The translations under genes and the position numbers were made by a program. Of a stretch of 57,521 nucleotides of DNA, positions 12,201-25,800 are shown one piece after another. The DNA is from Gracilinanus agilis (lineage: Eukaryota): contig NC_058134.1 of NCBI RefSeq assembly GCF_016433145.1, forward strand, positions 308,312,621-308,370,141. Direction: 5' to 3'. A model generated the notes under the pieces. The model was given only the letters and a program-made list of their open reading frames with translations. It made no database searches and was not told the DNA's origin. Numbering within the stretch: the stretch's first letter is position 1; each line of letters opens with the position of its first letter.

Positions 12201-13698
12201 CATCTGCAACAAGGAAGGGTGGTCTAGTACAAGAAGAGAGATTTTCTTGGTCTCTTTGGCTCCAGAAGCAGAACAGAAACAAAAAAGTTTGGGAACCCCT
12301 GCTGTAGAGGGACACCCCAGAAGCAGCAGAGCCGAAGCTCAAATTTACTCAGAATGTATCGGGATCTAGCACGATAGGATCTCCCCCTTGTTGTATTTCT
12401 TTATCTTGTTCTATCTTCCTTCCTCCTTAATCCTTTCCAGCGCTTCTGAGGGCAACGCCAAATGCCACATTCCTCTATTCTCCAGCCCTCTCGAGCATGT
12501 GGGAATATTCCGTAGGGTTGCAATTTCTCAGCCTGTCCAAGGTTTTTTCGAGTGGCAACATGTGTGGGGACGTGCGGTCCAGATTATAACTTGTAAGTTT
12601 TGCCATTTCTCTCAGAGAAATTAGGACACCCAAACTTCTTCCCAGGGGAAAGGAGAAAGGGGGGAGGGGGCTCTTAGCCACATTTGAAAAGAGCATATTC
12701 ATAAGCAGAGCTTGGCATCTCCCTTCTGAAGGCAGCCAACTTTCACTAACTTTCTATGGAAGTCGCCAATCTGTGGTTACTAAGGCCAATCAAGGTATTC
12801 TGGGCAATAATGCCCGCTTTCATGGCACACAGGGCCCGGGCTGGAATTCACCACCTCTCCCTCCAAAAGCTGCTCCTCTCCGGACCATCGTGTCCATGCT
12901 TGCCTCACCGTCCTTGCATTTGGCCTGCATACACAGGATTCTTCCGCCCTCTCCCCTTCTGCATCTAGTTGGCATCAGCTGTTTGCATCCCGAGGCACGT
13001 GGGCTTCATAAATGTTTCTCCATTAGAAAGGAAGCTCCTCGAGGAAAGGGGCTGTTTCATTTGTCTTTGGGACCCCAGCCAATACAGGGACAGGCCCACA
13101 GTAGGCGCTTAATAAAGGCAGGAAGGAGTGAGGGCGTGTACGTTGGGGAGGACTGTCTTTCTCTGTGCCTCTAGAACTGAACTCAGAACCTGGTACGTAG
13201 TAGGTGCCTAATAAGTGTTTGTTAAGGGAATGAATGCAGGCAGCACGAATGCCTGGCCTTCCTCAGGAGGGGATGGGCTCAGTTCCCCCTTCTGTCGGGC
13301 AGGACCCGAGGAATCCGCCAAAGGTGGGCCCCACCCAAGATTCGGGATGCCCGAGCCTCGGGAGGCTAGGAGAGAGCTCCCAGAGAAGTTGAGTAAGGAG
13401 GCGAGGCGGGGCGGGGCGGGGCGGAGCCTCACCGGGGGCGGGGCGTCGTTTGGACAGCTGGGAGACGCCGGAAGGAAAGCCGCGCGGGCGCTGGAAACGT
13501 CCAGAACGCGGTGGGACCCAGCAGCCCAGGAGGAAGCGCTGGGACGGAGAGGCGGGGCCGCGGAAGGGGCGGGGCTACCTCGCTGTTAGGCGGCGGTGGC
13601 GGCGAAGGGGGCGGGACGAAGAGGGAGCCCGAGGCTTCGGGGACGGGCGTGGAGGTGGCGACGGCTTCACGCGAAGGCGGAGGCTCTCCTAAGTCGGT

Positions 13699-13719
13699 GG
13701 CGGCGGCGGCGGCGGCGGC
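13699..13719 (+). repeat. (GGC)7 immediately upstream of the TTLL12 start codon
   Basis: Direct count; followed by agcgATG. Confidence 0.95.
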
Positions 13720-13723
13720 AGCG

Positions 13724-13855
13724 ATGGCGATGGCGGGCGGCTGCGAGGGCGGTGAGGACTACCAGGCGTTCGTGGCACTGCACGGGCCGGCGCTGCGAGC
13801 CTCCGCCGTCCCCGAGCGCTACTGGGGCCGCCTCCTGCACAAGCTGCACCGCGAG
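13724..13855 (+). CDS. TTLL12: TTLL12 exon 1 (coding part)
   Basis: ATG at 13724 (second in-frame ATG at 13730); MAMAGG...LHKLHRE; donor GAG|GTGGGG. Confidence 0.9.
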
Positions 13856-16800
13856 GTGGGGACGCGGGGCCCTTGGGGGAGGGGCAGGCGAGCCGGGGGT
13901 GGAGCCGAGGACCCCCTGGATGGAGGGCTGGTCCCCTGTGCACGCACGCTTAGTAGGCGTCTGCTGTGTGCGGCTGGCCTACTACCAGCCAACCCCCCCC
14001 CCCGGGGGTGCCCTACGGATGAGAGGGGAAGGATGGAAGGTTGGGGGCCCCGGAGTGGGCTTTCCCCGGGAGGGGCATCAACTCCCCTACCGGGAGCAGC
14101 CTTAGGAGAGCCCCTGTGCCTGGTCCTGGGTTCTAGAGAGAAGCTTGGGCTTGTGCGGGCTGAAGGCCTGCAAGGTCCCGCCCTGGACCCCACGTGCTGC
14201 CTGTGTGGGGCCGGCCGGAGCCAGGACCGCAGCGACCTCGGACCTTTCAGCGCCCCAGCATTAGTCCCTGCGTGGGGCCGGGGGCACCTCACCCCAGTTA
14301 CTCAATTCAGTTCTTCCTGCCTGCGAACAAGTGGCTTCCTCCTCGGTCTCCATTTCCCTGGAGCTAAGTGACCCCTTGGGCTCCGGGCTAGGCCCCCAGT
14401 GCCTGGACCAGCCACATTGGTATAAAGTCATGCAGGAGGTTCCCCCCCCCCCGAAAAGGAGGCGGAGCTCCTCGGGGAGAATTGGGGTCCGTGGACCATT
14501 TAGTGGCACCCACGATGCCTTCCTGAGCTAGCCGCCTTGGGCACCTGGCCTTCCTGCCTCAGTTTCCTCCGCTGTCATATGGGCTCCCAGTATCGCCTGT
14601 TGTTGGGAGGACCAAGGGAGAGGACGGGTAAAGCCCTCATAGACCTGCCCGCAGCTGTAGACCGAAGGTGGGGCAGAAGCACGTTCAGGCAAGGCAGAGG
14701 CAGGCACCCTTCACTGCCCAGAGGCTCTGTGGACCTTTCCTGGGCGCGTCTGCCTTCACTTACAGAACCTGATGGGAGACCGAGGCTGCCACCCCACCCC
14801 CATGCTTTATGGTGGGAGGAAAGGGGACCGAAGAGGTCTTGGGGAGCCGAGGTTTTCCAAGTCCTACAGAAGCTGGGAGCCCCCTAACTGACTTGTGTGG
14901 AAGCCGGATTGATGCTGCCACCATGTCCCTATTTCTACCCTCTGAACTGGCTGGGCTGGCCTTCCAACTGGAGAGGCAGCAGGCACTGGGAGGGGCTCTG
15001 CAGCCAGGAAGAAGCTGAGGCTTGGGGCGGGCCTTGCTGCCGGCCACTGCTTTAGAGGGAAGAGGTGTGGTGTGGCTTGGCCCTAACCTGGGCTCCCTCC
15101 ACCCTCCCAGACAAACTAAAGGCCCTTTAAGAGGACTGAGTGGCCGCAGGCCAGGTAGGATCTTCCTGCTGCCGAGAACCTGTGCATTTTCCGGGAAAAA
15201 CACTCCGATTCTGGGGTATCTCGGCTTCTTAGACCCTTGTGGGAGCTCCTCCTCCTCCTCCTTTGAAAGCCTCTTGGAAGGAACCTTGGACTGCTTGTAA
15301 TTCAGCCTTCCCTTCCTCGTTTTCTGGTGGGCTTCCTGGAGGCCTGCTTCCCCTCCAGCCCGCAGAGAGCTGATTGAGGGCCTGGGATCCAGCGCCTGGG
15401 ATCCAGCCAGATTCCTTTTTCTAAAACCCTCTCTGGAAAGGTGTCTGTAATAGGATTAATTAGGGTAATTGCACTGATGACTCACTCCATCCACATTTAC
15501 CAATAGGACCTTGTTCCTCTTGAGCAGCTAAGTAAGCTCTGGGAGCTATTCTTGGCCACATGGTCTTGTGGCAAGATTCAGGCCGGAGCTGCGTTCGAAT
15601 CCCACCTCTAGCTCTACTTGATTGTTTGGCCATGGGCAAAATCATGTTCTGTCCCTGAACCTCTGTAAAGTCGGGTAGACCTATCAGTCTACCTCCCAGG
15701 ACTATCCATGTAAGGACGTGGTAATGGGCGGAAAGCCTTTGCCGGCTTGAAGAAGGTCAGGCAGCTCCTGGACCAGGCTGGGGAGCTGAGTGAGGTCCAG
15801 AGCACTAGGGAGAGAATCCCTCCCCAACAGCACAGCTTTTGTGGCTGACAATAAAACTCTGTGGCCTGGTGGATGTTGTGACGTTAAAGGAATCTTATTT
15901 GAAACTTGTAGGGTCCAAAATGGAAAGCCCCCAGAGCCCTGGGAACTTGCCCCCCAACAAAGTACATTGACTGGCTTCCCCTGGGAAAGACAAGGGAGGG
16001 GGGATAACCTTGATCTTTAGATAGCTGAAGGAAGATTCTGTGGCCAGAAGCTATAAGATAACTATGGATGGGAAACCAGCCAAGGCAGGGCTTGGAGACC
16101 TCCAACTAGATGATAAAACAATGTCTTTGAAACCCTGTCCTAGTGGTTAGAGACAGAAATGCAAAGCAGAGGAATGAGCCAGATATGGAAAAACCAGAAG
16201 TAATCCAAAGCCACAGTCTGGTGTTTGATAAGCCCGAGAACTTAAGGTGCTGGGGAGGGACCGCCTGGGATGGATAAGCACCAAGTCACTGAACTCGCAT
16301 TTATAAAGTACCTATTATGTGCTAAAAGGGGGGGGCAACATTTTCTGCCCCTGAAGATCTCACAGTCCATTGGGACAAACAAACATACAAACCACTGTAT
16401 AAACTAGAAAGAGACAGGCTCAGATAGGAATGCCCTCAGCCAGGAGGCACCAAGAGTGAGGGTGTGGGAAGGGCTCCCGAACGAGGGAGGTGAGGATGAG
16501 GAGGGAAGGCAGGTCAGGCTTGGCATTCCCTTATCAGGCTTTATAATGGGTTGTTTCCTGGATTTGGTTTCTTTTTCCATTCTTGTATTTCTTCAGCATC
16601 TTCTGCTTCCTCCACTTGCATGATAGCTAGGGATGGAGCATCCTGCCTGAGGAATAGCTCACTAGGAGTAGGCAGAAAGGGGTTGGGTCTTCAAGGGCTT
16701 TACAGGCCAAACTGAGGATTTGCTATTTGGCCCTGGAGGCGACAAGGAGCCACCACAGTTTATGGAATGGAGGTGACCCGGTCAGACCCGGACTTGAGGA

Positions 16801-19800
16801 AGATGAACTTGGTATGAGTGACTGGGAGCAGTAATAGAAAGGCGAGGCTGTAAAAGCCAGTCATTCTGATTGTTCAGAACTTGTTTTGAGTTCAGCTCTG
16901 ACTCATGTGGAAATCCAGCTCTCCAATGGCATATAGCCTGCTCCGGGACTTCCGTTTTCTGTAAAATGAGACGGTTGGAATCAATCATCTCAGTGATGGA
17001 TGCCTTCAAGCTCTGATAGTCTTTGATCTCTTGTGCAGTAGAGACAGTCTAGTCTGACCACGTCTAGTATCTTTTGCCTCTCGTACCCTTGACTGACTGG
17101 TACTTCCGATCTCAGATATTCGATGCTGGCGAGATGTTTGGAATCATGCAAGTGGAGGAAGTTGAGGAAGGTGAAGAAGGTGATGAAGAAATGCAAGAAG
17201 AATTGAAAAAGAAACCCAATCCAGGAAACGAACTCTGTTACAAAGTTATCGTGACCAATGAAAACGGCCTACAAGCAAACGATCCCAACAGGTAGGTTTC
17301 CGTTTTTGCCTTAAGGCTGGAGAATCTCACCTAGGCGTACACCCCTAGACTGGTACCATCCCATTGTCTGGGGACGTTTTCTACGGAGGGGCCTAAATGA
17401 AACTGTGTTTAGTTTGTGTCTAGTGGTAACAGCACACAGCTCATCCTGGGGTAATGAAGAAAGGAGAGGGTGATGACGAAAGATTCTCTTGGGTGTCTTT
17501 AGGAATACATGTCAAGGTGAAGATCGCCACTGACCTGAATCCTGAAGAAATGGGGGGGGGGAGGGGCTTGGCTGGGTGAAGGGTGCCAGATGCAGGAATT
17601 TGAAGGATGGAGATTTTTTCTGGTGATGAGGTTGTTTTCATTTGGAGAAAATGGGAAAAAGTAGTTCATGGAATGTTTTAAAAACCAGATTTCACAAACA
17701 GGAAAGGATATTTAGAGTGGATGGAAATGAGCAGCTCCCTTAGTTATAGCACAGTTGTGTATTTATGATAATCATTATTAACTTGAGAAAAAACCTTGAC
17801 TGGAGTTTGATAGAAATATCACTTGGGGCATTTCCTTTTCTGTTGTGAGCTCTGCCACTTTCTTTATTTACAAAGGCTGCAGTTCCTCCCTTCCCCCCCC
17901 CCCCCCCCAGCTGATTCGGCCTCCTCTCTCTTCAAGAAATGAAACTCCAATATTTGCCTTCCAGCAGCTCCTCCACTGACATTGCAGAGAAAATGGGAAA
18001 GGCTGCAGATTGAGATACGGTCTTGAATGCCAGGCTAAGAAATACACTTTTCTGGGTAGGTAGTGAGGACTTGAAGGAGTTTTGAGTAAAGGATTTGATG
18101 TGATCCTCTTTCGGGAAGTTTCGTCTTTTTTTCTGTAGTTATTCTTTAGATAGATAGTTTTCTGGGCAGAGGAGGGGGAAGGCTATATATTCGAGGTTGG
18201 CTTGGGGGAGTTGGTTTCGAGGGTGCTCTTTCTTTCTGAATGAATGCTTCATTTTTAGACTGTCACATTTTGAAGTTATATCAGCTTCCTTAATTAAGGG
18301 TGAGGAATTAGGGAAGACAAACTTATTACCTTAATTTAAAAAAAAAATCCAGCAGGAGCCAATGGGAGATTACTGGGAAGACATCGTTTCCACCCTGGAA
18401 ATAGAAAGCAGTCCTTCCAGAACCTTCCACCTTGGCTTTGGTGATCTGTCTTCTCTTAGGGCAAGAGCAGCCAAATACAGACCTGTGCAGACACACCAGT
18501 GTGGCAGTCAGCCAGCAAGCACCTACTGTGTCCTAGCAGAGAGCTGGCCCAGAAGCCTTTGAGGCCTGGCTGTCCCTCTTGCCTCTGACACATTGGGTCT
18601 ATGATTAGGTAATCGTGTGATCTCTCCGCTTCGCCAGCCTTTGCCAATAGATGGAGTTCCCTCACTTGGGAATCCTCTAAACCAGTGAGGTCACAGAACC
18701 AGGCCCTGGGCTTATATATGTCAAGGGAAACAACCTGCCAGGCATTCAGGGAGTAAGTGTTTTCTCTGGGTCAGGCACCATTCTAAGTGCTGTGGGCATA
18801 AAAAAGACTGAAGCCACCCCTTCCTGAAAGAGCTCCTGTGATAAGGAGGAAAACGGCAGACACAGAGTGTAGGTGAAAGGTAACCTCCCAGAGTGAAGAC
18901 TCCTGGAGTCGGAGCCAAGTTTTGAAGGAATCCAGTGAGTCTGGGAGGTGGAGAGAGATGACGGGGCATTCCAGGGATGGAGGACAGGCAGTGGCAGGGT
19001 ACAGATGTGGGCAGTAGAGTAGCAAGTGTTTAGCCGGGAGTTTTTATTTGTTAGTATTTTTTAGCCAGTGTTGTGGATCATAGAGTTCTTAGAGCAATGT
19101 GGAAGAAGGCTGGTGCTTCAGTGGGCTCTGGAGAGAGAAGGAGGAGATACGAGGCAGGTTTGCTGGGGAAGGGTTGGTTAGCAGCAGTGGAGTTGGTGTG
19201 TGAGTTGACCCTTGAGAGAAACTTGGCATCTTGAGAGAGCAGGCTAGGAAGAGAGTGTTCCAGGGCTGGGAGTCGGCCTAGACAGAGACACCAAGTCTAG
19301 CAGAAGCCCACGGGGGCTAGAATGGGGGGAGATGGCTGGGCCAAGATGGTGCCAGGTGCACACGTGATCCTAGAGGTAACAGCTAACCACTGCACTTTGC
19401 TGAGTGAAAAGGATGACGTGTAGGATTTACACTTCAGGAAAACCACCTCAGTAGCTGTGGGAGATAGACAGGAGAGGAGGGGAGGTGGAAGCATGGAGAC
19501 TGTTGAGGGCCTGCAGTAGGAAGGTGGCTATGGAATATCAAGGTTTGGTGACCAGAGGAACGTGTGGGATAAGGACGGGCTAGAGGACCTCCAGGATCAT
19601 CAGAGGAATGGTGAAAGTCTCGGCAGAAAGAGGGAGTTTGGAGGGCAGTGCAGAGATTTACTGAAGGAAGAGAAAGCGTTTTAGACGTGTTCTGGGTGTG
19701 AAGTTCCTCCACTAGTAACAGCCGACAGATGGCCAGGGCTGCTTGGGTAGATAAGCAGTGGGTGTGATTCCAGTTTGGCTGTTGTGGCCGGGGAAGCCAG

Positions 19801-22800
19801 GGTGAATGAGGGAATTTAGAAGAGAAAGACCTAGGGGGACAAGTAGAGTCCTGGAGGAGCACAGTGAGGAAAGGCCATAGAAAGTAGCCCTTCTCCTCGT
19901 GGGGCCGGGCAGAATGAGTGAGCAGACGAATGAATGAATGCCTTTGAGGGGGAGAGGAGGAATGAAGACGAGTAAAACTGGAAGGAATGAAGGAAGGATC
20001 AGAGGAGACAACAGGAGGATAATGGGAAATTCTACCTTGTCCCCCACCTGCCTTGCCCACAAAGTGGAAGACGGCACTGCCCCCAGGATAGCTTCCCCTG
20101 CAAAGGGCACCCAGTGCTGCTGCCGTGAGGCCCTGCCCTGCTCCTGGACTAGGCCTCACTGTGGGCACTCATGCCCACCTTGGGTGGTTTGTGGTGACTC
20201 AGAAGGGAGCACTGCTCCCTCTCAGTTCACTGTGAATGATGGGGCAGTCACCAGCCCCTCAGGCTGATATGGGGCATGGATAGTCGGTTACCCTCTGATT
20301 CCAGCCCCTACACCCCACCTGTGGTCCTTGGCCTTTCTCAGCTTTTCCTTTGCCCTTCCCCATTCCATCTTCCATTTCATCTCCCAAAGCCTTTTCCATA
20401 TTCGGTGTCCCTCAGGGCAAAGTGATGGTCAGTCTTGGGAGCTCAATGGTGTGAGCCACTTGGGTTCAGCATGACTGCGTGGAGCCTGACAGCAGGTTTT
20501 GTTTGTTTATTTTGAAGCATATTTCTCATTGACCATGCCTGGACATACCACATAGAACATGCCCGCCAACAGCTGCGCCAGGTTCCAGGGCTGCTACACC
20601 GAATGGCCAACTTGATGGGGATTGAATTTCATGGGGAAATTCCAGACGAGGGCTCTGTGGAGCTTGTTCTGGAAGAAATGTGGAAGTACAACCAGACTTA
20701 CCAGCTCTCCCAAGGGGTAAGACAGGCGGAGAGTGAGATACTCTTCGTTCTGAGTGTGGTGGACCATAAGGATGAATACTCGTGCCTTTTCCCTGTCCAT
20801 AAAGCAGCTAGGCCCCACCACCTCTCTCTCTCTCTTTCTCTCCCCTCTAAGCCATTGTTTGACAGATTGGGGGTCTGGCAACTCCTATAGGTCTCCCTTT
20901 AGTAGCCATCAGCCTGGGTTCATTCAGTCTCTAGAGCAGGGGTGTCCAAACTTTTTTGGCCTACCACCCCCTTTCCAGAAAAAATATTACTTAGCGCCCC
21001 CGTCCCATACTATCACCGCCCTCCTGGATCGCTGCAGCACCCACCAGGGGGTGGGGGCGCCCACTTTGGGAATCACTGCTCTAGGCACTGATCAGGGGAG
21101 ATGAAACGAAGGGGAGCTGGATCTCAGCGACAATTGTTGTTCTTCTTGGGTCCGAGTCCGAAGTTCCACCTGTATGCCTACTTCCCCAACTGACAGATTG
21201 CACCTCCCCACCTTAGCTGATGCTTTTTCACCCCTCACCATGGCCGCCTTCTGGAGCTGAGCCTCTCCTCCCCTATCGAGGCTGCTCCCCGAACTATCCA
21301 GCTGCCAGGCCTCTGCTTGAAACCTTTCCATTTTGATGGAATGCCCTTTACTCCAAGTGCATCACCTTCAGGAGCCCAGGATCCACCTTAGGTGGCCAAG
21401 GAAGGCTGTGGCGGAGGGATTCCCTAGTGGGGCAGTAACACGAGGACCTAGAGGACACACGACCCAGCTTTTGCTGAGGCATCAGTAGACAGCAGCTACA
21501 GGACACCTTCAGGAACATGATAGTTGTATTGTGAATTCCTAGGCTTGATAAGCCAGGGAGTTTTAGCCAGCTGGGTATTTTTTTTTCATTTTCCCACACT
21601 TGCTTCTATCAGAAGTGAAGGAGTCCTGGCAGTCAGTTGCCAGAATTCTGTTAGTGGTAGGAACCCTTCGTGCTTTTGAAAGTGTGTGGGCTGCTGACAG
21701 ACACAGCCTGTCTGCCCAAGTGAGGCGGAGGCGGAGGTGCCTGTGCACCTCAATGTCAGCAGCTCTGTGAGGCAGGTTTTATTTATCATTGTAGGACTAG
21801 CAAAGCAAAAAGTTCACTGTGGCCGGAGAGCAAAATTACTGCTATGCATGGAGTTTTCATTAAATAGAGAATGAGAAGAATTACTGCTCTAAAGCTCAAG
21901 AGAGTGCTCAAAAAGAAGGCCAGCCTTCCCCAAGCCCAGCCCCGAAGAGACTCCTCTGCTGGCCTTCTAGTGGGCTGCCTCTGCCCTCTACCTTCTAGCA
22001 GCCCCGCTTGGCTTCTGATGTGGAGCACTTGTCCTAGATTGTCCCCACCTAGATGCGGCCGTGTCCTCCTGTCTGTCCATGCCATGGAGGCACCCAGCCC
22101 TGGAGTCCGTGGCCCTGTCAGAAAAGGCACAGAAATCAGGCTTAGGTTTGGGGTGAGGATTATGTCTTGTCCCCTCCCGCCAAGCTCTTTACCAAGGACC
22201 GGTTTTGATCTGTGATTAACAGCAGTGGCATGTGTGCCCTCCATTGTGGCTGCTAAAGGAACTGGGTTGGACGTCCCGGGTCGGCTCTTCTTGGCTAGGG
22301 TCATTCTTTGCAGCCTTATCCATCTGCCTAGCGCAGGTTTTGCTCTAAGAAGTGGGCACTGGCACACCACTAAGGGCTCATTTGATTGTGATTGTGAAAA
22401 GCACTTTGTTGGAGTGGGATGAGAACCATCTTGCTTCTGTGTCTCAACCCCAGCCTAAAAGTTCTGAGGACACTTGTGTGCTAAGGTAGAAACAGCATCA
22501 CACTCGCAGTCAGAGCAAGGTTTGAAGCCAGCTTCTGGTGACCTTGGACAGATCATTAACCCCTTTGACCGTCAGTTCTCTGGCCTGTAAGACTGTCACT
22601 TTAACATCACTGGTTGCTTGAGAATCAAATGAGCTGGGAAATGGGGACTATTAGGCAGAGGGGATTCCCAGATGTGACTCCTCATTTCTCCAGTAGAGGC
22701 CAGCTCCTTCTCTGAAGCTGATTGGTTAGGAACTTGCCCAGAGTGCTGAGGGCTAACATTCAACACTGTATTATAAAGCAGTTTGTTAATGAAGACGTGT

Positions 22801-25800
22801 CAGCTGTTGCTACTTTGGAAAAAAACAAACCACTGGTTTTTTTTTAAGCTCACCCCCATGGCCTCATCATATCTTAGTGGAAGTGCCTCCGGGTTTTGAA
22901 GTCTGTGCCAGCGAGGTGCATACCCTGGTGGGCTGTGGGCCAGGCTGGCATATTGGGAGAGTCCTGTGATTCGTTTTGGTTATGATAACTTTGGAATTGA
23001 GTTCCAGCCTTTCCACTAGTTAAAGAGAGGTGAGGTCCCTACCCCGCAGTGGAACGAGAGCCTTGAAATAATGTCAGGTACACAGAGGTACAAAAATTGG
23101 TGCCCCTGGCTGTGAGAGTAAGCTAGAACCGTGCCGTTTAGAGGCATGAGCCTATATAACGTGGCTTTTATATTCTCTCTGTCCAAAAAGACTGCAGAGG
23201 AAAAGGTTCCGGTGTGGTACATCATGGACGAATTTGGATCTAGAATTCAGCACTCGGACAACCCAAGCTTTGCAACGGCCCCCTTATTCTATATGCCTCA
23301 GCAGATCGCTTACACGCTTCTGTGGCCCCTGAGAGATCTTGAAACAGGTGGTGAGTCAGCTTCTCCTTGCTCGGGTCGGTCCACAACCAACAATGATGCA
23401 CCCACTCTGTGTCCCACACTGTGGATACATATCAGAAAAGGAAACTGCCGCTTCCTTGTAATGGGGAGAGAGACAAGCACACCACAGTAGTCAGGAATCC
23501 ATGCGTATGCAGAAGAGCTCAGTACTTTTGTGGGGATCAGAAGGCTTTGGACAGATCAAAGTGTCTAAACTGCATCGTGACGAGCATAGGGACTCTGAAG
23601 CAAACAGAAGGGTGTGGATGGGGGACAACCAGTGCTAAGGCCCAGAGATGGGAGATGGACAGTCATGTGTGAGGAAGAGAGTGCAGGCGACCCAGTCAGG
23701 TCAATGAGTATAGGAGGGAGAATAAAGGCCACTGAGGCCAGGAAGGGAAGTGGGGGCCAAGTTGTGGAAGGCTCGAAAAGCCTGGCAGCCGGGAGCAGTA
23801 GGGAGCCATGCAGTGTGATTGGGAAAAAGAACAATGAGAGGCCTGAGGCAGGGCCATCAGGGGGGAGAACCAAACTAATAATCTGGTGAGAAGGGATGTG
23901 GTCTGGGGACGTGTGGGCTCAGGGAGCGGTCCAGGATGGTCCTGAGGTTGTGAGCCTGGGGAGGAGTAGGGGGGCACATTTTCCGGGCAGAAGTAGGAAC
24001 ATTTGGAAAGGAGGAACTGTTTGGGTGTCAGGGAAAGAAGTGAGTTTGGTCGAGCTTAGATAGTGCCTAAGAGGCCCTTGTTTGGTACAGGACTAGAGCT
24101 GAAGAGAGAAATTCTAGCTGCTTGTATAGACCTGGGGCTCACCTGTACTGAGGTGATGGTCAGACTTTAGGAACTAGTGAGTTATGGAGAGGGAAATGAG
24201 CCCCCACAGAGCTGGGAGCAGTCACAGCTGGACAGGAGCAGGCAGGAGGCAAACGGGCCAACACCTGGGCGAGAGAAAGTGTCTAGAAAGGAGGGAAGGT
24301 GATGGGCCCACAGGTCAGGAAGGCTGAAGACCGAGAAGACCATCAGCTTCAGTAAGAGACATCTTTTGGAGGGAAAACGGAGGTAGCATGATAGCTTGAG
24401 GGCATCTTAGGGGGCAGTGGCAAGGGGAAAGGTTACTTCTCTGTTGTCAGAGACCAGAGAAGACAAGAGAATGGAAGACAGAAGAAGGAGCCAGTGGTAG
24501 GAATGAACCAGAGCTGAAGTTGATTGGGGGAAGGGTGGTCAGAGGGCCAAGGATTCAGGAGCAAAGGACAAGGCAGAAGTGGCATGGCTCGCCGTGGAAT
24601 TGGGCTTGGCAAGGAAGAAAGTGAAGTTGAGTGGGGGTATTGGCTGGAGAAGATTGGGTGATCTCACCGAGTGTAAAAACTAGGGCCGGGGCCTGATAGG
24701 AAGTTCTGGTCAAAGAAGGGTATGCCAGGATTTCTTTCTTTTTTCCCAAGCCCTTACCTTCCATCCTAGAATCAATGCTTTGAAGGCAGAAGAGTAGTAA
24801 GGGCTAGGCAATGGGGTTAAGTGATTTGCCCAGATAGGTTGTGTCTGATGCCACATTTGAACCCAGGACCTCCCATCTCCAGGCCTAGATTCGTGGTAAG
24901 CACCCGTGTGTGACCATCACCTGAATGTGACTCAGGCAGAGTAAAGGACTTCAGGAGGCTGAGGCAATGGGAAGTTGGGGGGCTTATGGAGGCATCTTCC
25001 TCAGGAGCTCTTTCTTGTTTCCTGGCCCCTTTGGGGACCCCTTCCTAGGATCGTGTTGTTAAATGCATTGGTTATGAAGGAAACCATCGACGTCCTTTTC
25101 CCCAAAGACCTCAGTTTACAGGAGGGGTGGGCAGGGACAGCTTTCCCCTAAGTTGGTTGTTACTGTAGGGTGTAGGGGAGATGACGGTTGATGAGAGAGG
25201 AGCTTGCTCTCCTTGGGTCCCCTCTCCCCACTGTTGTCCCTTTGAGCTAGGAGGGAAGTGCCGAGAGCCCCCCTGCCACCCACTAACCTGTGTACCTTGT
25301 CACAGAGGAGGTGACCCGGGACTTTGCCTACGGGGAAATGGACCAGCTCATCCGGAAGTGTGTGTTGTTGCCCTGGGTTCCTGCAGACATGCTGGACATC
25401 AGTTCCTCCACCCCTGAGCCATCAGAGGAACACTATCAGGTAGGGTGGTGGCGAACCCACCAGGCCAAGCGGTGCCACAGCCACCTTCAGCACTGACCAT
25501 CCTTGCTCTTCAGCAGAGAATTGTGGCTGTAGCAGCAGAAGGGGGGGCCATGAGAATCAAGGCTGGGTTTAGTCAGGTCTTCTAGGGGCCTTCTGTGTAG
25601 CTCCCCTTTGCCTCTTTCACACTCCCAGCCCTCTCACCTTAGACTTGACAGTGAATGTGGAAGAGTGGGAAGAACACTGGCCTTGGAGTCAGCAAGGCAA
25701 CACTGAGCTTCAGTTTACTCCCCTGTAGAATGGGAATGATATCAGTAGTATGTGTCTCACAGGATTCTCATGTGGCTTACATGAAATAGTAGCTACAGGG

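Larger units (their letters stand above)
13300..14300. promoter_or_regulatory. TTLL12 CpG-island promoter
   Basis: Dense CpG, several GGGGCGGGGC boxes (about 13408-13445 and 13567-13575), CCGGAAG near 13468, no TATA seen; boundaries approximate. Confidence 0.85.

Noticed and set aside
13856-14371. Exon 1 reading frame stays open 516 nt into TTLL12 intron 1
   Set aside because: CpG-island artefact; homology to TTLL12 stops at the donor at 13855
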